Source: Candidatus Bathyarchaeota archaeon
GTDB lineage: Archaea; Thermoproteota; Bathyarchaeia; Bathyarchaeales; Bathycorpusculaceae
Direction of reading: 5' to 3'
DNA: 64,000 nucleotides
NCBI GenBank assembly: GCA_963715865.1
Contig: OY970280.1
Location: forward strand, 576,001 to 640,000
The translations under genes were made by a program, and so were the position numbers. The stretch's first letter is position 1, and each line of letters begins with the position of its first letter. Shown piece after piece: positions 57,894-64,000 of this stretch. The notes under the pieces were generated by a model. It was not told the DNA's origin and ran no database searches. It saw nothing but the letters and a program-made list of their open reading frames with translations.

Positions 57894-59231
57894 TTAAGCC
57901 TTTTTAATATAGCTTAAAGCTTCTTCTACGTTTTGGAAGCAGTATTTCACTTGGTTAAACTCTTTCTTTAACGATAACACGTCTTCCTTAACCTGAGCGG
58001 GTTTACGTTTGCCCTTTATCACGTCGAGCATTAGGTTACATAAGTGTTTGATGTCGCCTTCTTTGAAGCCGCGTCTGGTTACGTCTTGGAAGCCGATTCT
58101 TAATCCTGAGGGATCATCTTTGCTGCTTTGGTCATCATAGGGCAAGAGGTTCTTGTTGAGGATTATGTTTGCATCTTCGAGGTCTTGAGCAATCTTTTTG
58201 CCGCCGCCAAAGCTGCGAATATCAACCGCAATTTGATGAGATTGAGTGAAACCTTTTTTCTCAGCGAGAACTTTAACGCCGTTCTCATACAAGTGCTGTC
58301 CAGCTGTCTGCGCGTTCTTTACTGTTTGCCTTGCTAGTTTAGCGCCGAAAAGCTTCATCTCTAACGCGGCTATGCTAAGCGCTGGTAACCTGCCCAAATG
58401 GGTGTTTGAAGCGCTAAGTGGAAATATGGCGAACTGAATTTTTTTCACCGCTTTTTCTAATGCTGGATTGGTTGGGCTGCCCATGATGACGCCGCCTTGC
58501 GGGCCTGGGAAAGTTTTGTGAGTTGAAGAGGTGATAAAGTCTGCGCCTTCTCGCAAGGGGTCTTGGAATTCGCCGCCTGCGATTAAGCCTAAAACGTGGG
58601 ATGCGTCGTAGGCTACGTATGCGCCTACTTCTTCACAAACAGCTCTTAACTCTTTAACTGGGTGCGGGAATAGGAAGAGGCTGCCGCCGAATGTGACTAT
58701 GCCTGGTTTGGCGGCGCGTATGACGTAGGCTGACTTGTCTGGGTCTATGTTGAATTCGTCTATGTCGTAAACGTGGTTTATGTTGTCCAATCCTAAGATG
58801 TTGCCTGCTAGGCCAGCGTAATCGTGTGAAATGTGTGCGCCGCAGCTTAGTGGAGTGACGACCATTTTGTTGTTTTTTGAGGCTAATGATAAGCCTTTAA
58901 ATGTGGCTAGGTTCGCGTGGGTGCCTGAAACTAGACGGACGTCTGCCCAGTCAGTTTTGAAGAGGCTTTTCATTATGTCTGTTGCGTAGTCTTCGATTTG
59001 GGACATGTATTTTTGTCCTTGATAGTACCGTTTTTTCACGTGCCCTTCTAGGTCGTTTTCGCCTTCGGCGTATCTGCATTCGAGGTCGTGCGAGAGGCTG
59101 AGCATTTGGTTGACTGCTGACGATTTGAGTCCCTCGCTTGCAATCATGTTTATGCATTCTTTGTCTCGGTACTGTTCATGTTTGCTAGTTGCTTCGATTA
59201 GCTTTACGATTAGGTCTGAGAAGTTTTCCAT
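57894..59231 (-). CDS. glyA: Serine hydroxymethyltransferase
   Basis: INMIASE, RYAEG, SSTHKTFPGPQGG, SGLRIG. Confidence 0.95.
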   Translation of the reverse strand: MENFSDLIVKLIEATSKHEQYRDKECINMIASEGLKSSAVNQMLSLSHDLECRYAEGENDLEGHVKKRYYQGQKYMSQIEDYATDIMKSLFKTDWADVRLVSGTHANLATFKGLSLASKNNKMVVTPLSCGAHISHDYAGLAGNILGLDNINHVYDIDEFNIDPDKSAYVIRAAKPGIVTFGGSLFLFPHPVKELRAVCEEVGAYVAYDASHVLGLIAGGEFQDPLREGADFITSSTHKTFPGPQGGVIMGSPTNPALEKAVKKIQFAIFPLSASNTHLGRLPALSIAALEMKLFGAKLARQTVKNAQTAGQHLYENGVKVLAEKKGFTQSHQIAVDIRSFGGGKKIAQDLEDANIILNKNLLPYDDQSSKDDPSGLRIGFQDVTRRGFKEGDIKHLCNLMLDVIKGKRKPAQVKEDVLSLKKEFNQVKYCFQNVEEALSYIKKA

Positions 59232-59348
59232 TTGTTCTTTTTCCCCACTCTTAAATCATCAACGGAATTAGGCTTTGCAGTATTTAGCCGTTACTGGAAG
59301 CAAGTGAAGGTTCAAGGGTTGAATGTTGGCGAGTAATTCACTTCACTC

Positions 59349-59783
59349 TTATAACACGTACATTATTATGTAGAATATTTCTCCTGTGAGGAAAGCAAAC
59401 CACCAGACAAAGAAGAGAATCTTCGCTAGTTTTCCATGCCATCTGTTGGGTGCTTTCTGCTTTAGCTGTGACAAGCCGATAGCGAGAACGGCAACTTCTA
59501 GAGACATTACTAAAATCGCAATTGCTCCGTGGACTCCGAAATACACATCCAAAGTTGGAGTTAACTGTAGAGTAGCGCCTTCAACTGCTCCGCCGAAAGA
59601 GCGGTACAGCATGTAACCGATAGACATGGTAAGGTCCCATGAAATCGCAAGTACGCCTGTGACAGGGTGGAAACGGTTTTTTCGTCTGCCGCTTAAGAAG
59701 GCGTGGCAAACAGAAAAGCCACTGGAATCAAGCCAACAGCGACTATTGTGCTTGCAAGTGGAGCAATGGTCATTTTTAATCAC
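59349..59783 (-). CDS. DUF420-like membrane protein (start uncertain)
   Basis: FHPVTG...HGAIA...RWHGK TM pattern. Confidence 0.6.
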   Translation of the reverse strand: MIKNDHCSTCKHNSRCWLDSSGFSVCHAFLSGRRKNRFHPVTGVLAISWDLTMSIGYMLYRSFGGAVEGATLQLTPTLDVYFGVHGAIAILVMSLEVAVLAIGLSQLKQKAPNRWHGKLAKILFFVWWFAFLTGEIFYIIMYVL

Positions 59784-59815
59784 CAGTTTTGGAAGTCTTT
59801 TCTTGCGCTTGCTAA

Positions 59816-60631
59816 TTAAGACTGCGCCGTTTTTCTTTCCGTTTGACTTGATGCTTGTGTTATTTTTGCTATGGGTACTGCGCCCGATAGGACGCTGTTG
59901 TTAAGGAAGGTTATTTCTTTTCCAGAATCCAAAAGGACAACCGTGTGTAATGGTGTTAATTCTTTGATTATGCCCTGCTCATTCATGAATGAGGTAATTA
60001 CTCTATCTCCTTTAGTGTAGGGTATTCTGCTTTCTTGTTTTCCCTCAAACTTGTGGACGGCAGTTATGATTACTCCGCCTGAAGCAATTGCACTGTTTGG
60101 AATGCTAATTTGACCTACATCAGTTCTTATCCTCATGACAAGCGCGGTCATGTCTGTAACTCGTCCGGGAATGTTGTTAACCATAACGTCGTCGCCTACT
60201 TTGAACTGGTAAGTGGTGAAAACTAATGCGCCTGATAAGAGGCTGCCGACAAATGTGGATATTACAAGTCCAGCGGTGATTGAGATTATTCCTGCACTAG
60301 TCAAAAGCGCCGTTGGAGAGACGCCCAAAGAGTTTAGGAGTCCGAAGGTCATGACTAATATTGCTATTGCAAGCATTGCGAACTGTAGTATTGTTGCTGC
60401 TTGGATTCCTATTTTCGGCGTCATGAGTGGTTTAATGCGTCGTAAAAGCATTATTGCTGTTAACCAAAAACCTAAGATGATGATTATTCTTATGGCTTGT
60501 ATTAATAACATGGGTAGGCTTATTGGTGCAGCAACAAACAGGTCAAAAACGTAGAGGGTACCTATGCTTAAGATTACTATGAATATTAAGTAAACAGCGA
60601 GTCTTTCTAATGAGTATATAACGTGGGCCAT
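59816..60631 (-). CDS. mscS: MscS-family mechanosensitive channel
   Basis: TM1-3, FKVGDDV, ISIPNS. Confidence 0.8.
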   Translation of the reverse strand: MAHVIYSLERLAVYLIFIVILSIGTLYVFDLFVAAPISLPMLLIQAIRIIIILGFWLTAIMLLRRIKPLMTPKIGIQAATILQFAMLAIAILVMTFGLLNSLGVSPTALLTSAGIISITAGLVISTFVGSLLSGALVFTTYQFKVGDDVMVNNIPGRVTDMTALVMRIRTDVGQISIPNSAIASGGVIITAVHKFEGKQESRIPYTKGDRVITSFMNEQGIIKELTPLHTVVLLDSGKEITFLNNSVLSGAVPIAKITQASSQTERKTAQS

Positions 60632-60795
60632 GTTGATCCTTCCTATCCTTAATTTGCAAGCATATTTCTATAGTTTTCTCAATAAAAGATATGTCGCTGC
60701 GCGCGCGTAATCGTAAGGGAGACAAAGTGTAAATTTAGCTTGGGTTAATTTTGGTACAAAAAAGGGAGAGGAGAGGAAAAGGAACTCTTTCTGGT

Positions 60796-61182
60796 TTAAC
60801 CTACGATTTGCGTTATTTCTTTGGCGATTCCTCTTTCTACGTGCTGAGTCCACAGCATTTCGGGCACGTCAACAGCGAGAAACAGCCAAGACAGCAAGAT
60901 AGCTTCGACTGCTGCTACTGCTAGGTTCTGGATCCATTTGCCTACGCCTATGTGGATTGAGAAATCATTCGGCTGCCCGGTTACTAGGATGCTAAACGCC
61001 CTGTCCGCAGTGATGATGTCCCGTAAAATCCCGGCTTTTTTCGCTTGTATAACTATTCCCAAAGGTGCATTGGCTGACTGTGTTTTGTAGCCTTCAGTTG
61101 ACAGTTGCTGAACAATCTGCTGTGATAGTTGATTTAGGTCCTTGTTTTTTCCTTGAAAACGCATTACTTTTTCCGATACCAA
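60796..61182 (-). CDS. Conserved hypothetical protein
   Basis: 128-aa ORF with normal codon usage. Confidence 0.65.
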   Translation of the reverse strand: MVSEKVMRFQGKNKDLNQLSQQIVQQLSTEGYKTQSANAPLGIVIQAKKAGILRDIITADRAFSILVTGQPNDFSIHIGVGKWIQNLAVAAVEAILLSWLFLAVDVPEMLWTQHVERGIAKEITQIVG

Positions 61183-61317
61183 ATTTAAAACCTCAACATC
61201 CAGTTTGGGTGCTGCGCTCTTTTAAGATATTGTCAGTCACACTCTTATCTTACAGTCGAACCCTCTCATCAAGCGGGTTGAAGATCCCAACGAAATTCAA
61301 TCACCTAAGTAAAATCG

Positions 61318-62610
61318 CTATTTCGTCTCTTTACTATAGATGATTACGTTTTCAGAGAGTTTATTCCACGTTTCTTCGGCCAACGCCCAGAACAGGGTGA
61401 CAATGCCCTGTTCAAGAGACCAAATAGCTTCACGTGGAATCTGAATTAAAGGACTAGACGAAAACATGCATTCCGACTCAGTTACAACGAAACTTACAGG
61501 TCTATCTTTGAGCACCCGTAGACTAACTCTTCCGCTAAAATTTTGCACGACTTCATTGTTCCTTTGATCGACTACCGTTACCCATCTTATCGAAACACTT
61601 CTTTTTCTCAAGTCTTCAAGTAACGGAATCATCAACTCAATACTCTCATTATTTACATAAGAAACTATAAACAACTTTGATTTGGCAGCAGAAGCAACTT
61701 CGATCAGTTTTGCCTTCACCTTTTCCTCTCCCTGAATGACGGAAAAGCTTTCCACTATTCGTCCGCTTCTTATTGCGTCTATCCCTATGACCGCAGGCAC
61801 AGAAATGTTCCAGACTTTCTCAAAAAAATCCCTCATTAGGTTTATGTGGCTGGAATCATTGGTCCATAGTTCGTGCATTAGTTCACTGCCGACAGAGTTT
61901 TCAACTGGATATATTGCTGAGCCGATGATTAGCTCTTTGTGATCAACAATCGTTGCCACGGAGGTGACTCCGAGAGAGTGCTTTATCTCGCAAAACTTGC
62001 TCAGTTTTTCCACCTTATCAACGTTTGTTTCATCGATCTCCGTGACTATTCGCACTTTCACATTTCTTTTGGTACAGTTGTTAAGCAATCTATCCCTATC
62101 AACTGCTATGCCACGTTTAATCTCGGCCTTAGGAGCTATCCAAAGAACCTCATTTGTGGCTTTTTGCAACATTTCCCTGATTCTCTCGTTGATTAAATTT
62201 TGACCGGAAATTAACATGAATCGAATTGGCTCTGGTCTGACTAAGCCAGCTGACCTGTCTTCTACTTCTTTCAACTCATCCTCTAACTCCGTCTTCTTTC
62301 GCCGGAGATCGGAAAGGTGCCTCTCGAGAGTTTCTTTTTGAAGTCCGATAAGCTGTTTCAAAACATCGTGGGGACTAATCGCAAGATATTTGGTGGGTTT
62401 ATCAATGATTACTTCGACGAGGCCTATTTTTTCAACCCGTGGCAAGACTCTGTAGACTTCTTGTCTAGGAATATTGGCTAGTTTTGCAATTTCGGCCGCA
62501 CTTGCCTTACTGAGTTGAAGAAGTGATAGATACACCTTGGCTTCGTTTCCAGTTAAACCAAAAGAGGTTAATTCGTTGAGTAGCTTATCAGAAATCGGCT
62601 TAATTGTCAT
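61318..62610 (-). CDS. TrmB-family transcriptional regulator
   Basis: FGLTGNEAKVYLSLL...AEIAKLANIPRQEVYRVL wHTH plus PLD-like effector domains. Confidence 0.9.
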   Translation of the reverse strand: MTIKPISDKLLNELTSFGLTGNEAKVYLSLLQLSKASAAEIAKLANIPRQEVYRVLPRVEKIGLVEVIIDKPTKYLAISPHDVLKQLIGLQKETLERHLSDLRRKKTELEDELKEVEDRSAGLVRPEPIRFMLISGQNLINERIREMLQKATNEVLWIAPKAEIKRGIAVDRDRLLNNCTKRNVKVRIVTEIDETNVDKVEKLSKFCEIKHSLGVTSVATIVDHKELIIGSAIYPVENSVGSELMHELWTNDSSHINLMRDFFEKVWNISVPAVIGIDAIRSGRIVESFSVIQGEEKVKAKLIEVASAAKSKLFIVSYVNNESIELMIPLLEDLRKRSVSIRWVTVVDQRNNEVVQNFSGRVSLRVLKDRPVSFVVTESECMFSSSPLIQIPREAIWSLEQGIVTLFWALAEETWNKLSENVIIYSKETK

Positions 62611-62778
62611 TCTGTCACCTTACCACAGGACTAAAGATTGTCAATGTTACTTTTAAAAATATGGCATGTGCAAAAATCATTCTTAATGGGGCAACTGATA
62701 TCTTGCCAAAAATACTCGTTGTAGTTAGGGAGGGCAACTTTGGAAAAAAACACAAGGTCACTTCAAATACTGTAAGGC

Positions 62779-62800
62779 GACAATCTGACTGTCATGCGTT
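62779..62800 (+). promoter_or_regulatory. Near-palindromic operator candidate next to a TATA-like box
   Basis: GACAATCTGACTGTCA-tgcg-TTAAAA. Confidence 0.5.
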
Positions 62801-62858
62801 AAAAGGAGAGAAAAGCGTTCTCGTTCCTTTAATTGACTGTGTATGAAAAGGTGATGTA

Positions 62859-63272
62859 ATGTTAATGCAAAAAGATCATGCTGTTTCATCGAAATCGCCG
62901 GTTGAGAATGATGATAAAATGGGGAAGGTTCTTGATAAAAATTTGGCTGATTTCTTGAAAGACCAAAAAATCAGGATGAACCTGCGAAAAATTTCCGATT
63001 CAGAGTTCTGGCTGGTAGATCCTTACGGCTTTCTAACTGCCAGATTCTTAGTGGACGAGGCCGCTCTCGAGGTAACATATGACGTTTTTTCTCCAAAATA
63101 TGATTTACATTTAAGGGAGTCAAGCCTCAAAGACGTTGAACAGTTGGAGAGGATTCTTGAAGAAAAAGGAAAGTGGAACTACGCAAAGTCGATTGAGGAT
63201 CTGTGGCTTGTCCTGGATTATGTTAGGATATGGACTCAAAAAAGGGGATACAGCATTAAGGAAAAACGCTAA
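62859..63272 (+). CDS. Hypothetical protein
   Basis: 137-aa ORF with AGGTGA SD. Confidence 0.6.
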   Translation: MLMQKDHAVSSKSPVENDDKMGKVLDKNLADFLKDQKIRMNLRKISDSEFWLVDPYGFLTARFLVDEAALEVTYDVFSPKYDLHLRESSLKDVEQLERILEEKGKWNYAKSIEDLWLVLDYVRIWTQKRGYSIKEKR

Positions 63273-63445
63273 GTATAGCAGCGCCATTCTTGCGAGCGCA
63301 AAACTAAAGTTAATAGTTTCAAAGGCGCATTATTTTGTCATTCTCCCTGACTAAATGAAGTCAGGAGTTTTCTTGCAGATTTTTCTATAAGGATTTACGA
63401 CATCTGTTAATTCAACAAGGCAAATCGTTCAAGAATTGTAAGATT

Positions 63446-63470
63446 ACAGTCTGACTGTCACATCTTAAAG
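63446..63470 (+). promoter_or_regulatory. Palindromic operator candidate next to a TATA-like box
   Basis: ACAGTCTGACTGTCA-catc-TTAAAG. Confidence 0.5.
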
Positions 63471-63504
63471 AGAGAGAAAATTAATTCTGCTTTGAGCGAA
63501 TTGT

Positions 63505-63780
63505 GTGAAGAAAATGCTCATAGCAATGCAAGAAGAACAGGACGGCAAGCCAAAACTGATGACCAGTTCAAAACCGGTGCTAGGCTACAAGTTGCAGTAT
63601 CTGAATGCGAACCATTCACAAATTATCCATAGTGTTGAGGTTAAAAGGCTCTACGTTCAAGACATATTGCAACACCTTCAGCGAGGAGAATCTGTACTGA
63701 TCACACCAAAGCTTCAAGAAACCTTACAGGCCAGAACAAAAGACTTGACCCAGTTACCTTGGTACTTTACCCATCTCTGA
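63505..63780 (+). CDS. Hypothetical protein
   Basis: 91-aa ORF. Confidence 0.5.
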   Translation: MKKMLIAMQEEQDGKPKLMTSSKPVLGYKLQYLNANHSQIIHSVEVKRLYVQDILQHLQRGESVLITPKLQETLQARTKDLTQLPWYFTHL

Positions 63781-63836
63781 AAGAAAACAAATATGTACAC
63801 GATAAAAATGAAGTTGAATACAGAGGGAGAAGTTTA

Positions 63837-63977
63837 ATGTCTACTAAAAAAGTAGTTCGTAAGACAGCAAACAGAGGATCAGCCTCGCAAATTCTGAGAT
63901 CCGTTTCCACGAACAAAGCATTCCGTTTCTTTACGCGCGCGCGAACCTCACTGTGCGAGAATATTCGAGAAGGATAA
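63837..63977 (+). CDS. N-terminus of a DUF5752-like protein, apparently interrupted
   Basis: ASQILRSV...KAFRFFT resembles the family N-terminus from memory; then a stop at 63,977 near the window edge. Confidence 0.3.
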   Translation: MSTKKVVRKTANRGSASQILRSVSTNKAFRFFTRARTSLCENIREG

Positions 63978-64000
63978 GAACAAGTGAAGTCACCCAGTGC

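Noticed and set aside
28-63354. The many short antisense or nested ORFs in the six-frame track (for example 28..561, 17800..18339, 18759..19175, 44319..45263)
   Set aside because: They overlap well-supported genes on the other strand or frame and have no motifs of their own.
63925-64000. Interruption of the DUF5752-like ORF as a host mRNA intron
   Set aside because: A weak CUCACU/AGUGA stem exists but no central helix was found, and the window ends before any 3' exon can be checked.

Overview
Archaeal DNA, probably Bathyarchaeia (TACK); the lineage is inferred from gene content, not a database search. Positions ~1-23,870 hold a head-tail (HK97-type, siphovirus-like) provirus encoded mostly on the minus strand: terminase, portal, protease/scaffold, capsid, neck and tail genes, plus accessory genes. 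Positions ~23,870-64,000 are host genes, including dinB, psmB, aCPSF1/FttA, sepF, serine-pathway genes, egsA, an archaeosortase, a Lon-like protease, glyA, a TrmB-family regulator and three intron-containing tRNAs. Main finding: the viral major capsid protein gene is interrupted by two tRNA-type bulge-helix-bulge (BHB) introns of 45 and 47 nt, separated by a 22-nt micro-exon. Cutting at the canonical BHB positions restores a continuous 298-aa capsid frame, so capsid production would depend on the host tRNA splicing endonuclease and ligase. All three host tRNAs in the window carry BHB-type introns, two at non-canonical positions. Also found: a -1 frameshift site in the tail chaperone gene, a 12-bp motif (ATGTACGTRGTA) in about 12 intergenic copies across the provirus, a tRNA 3' fragment resembling an att core, and an ABC-ATPase/GNAT fusion. 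Single-base indels clustered in terminase/portal and present in a few other genes look like sequencing errors. All structures were worked out by eye.
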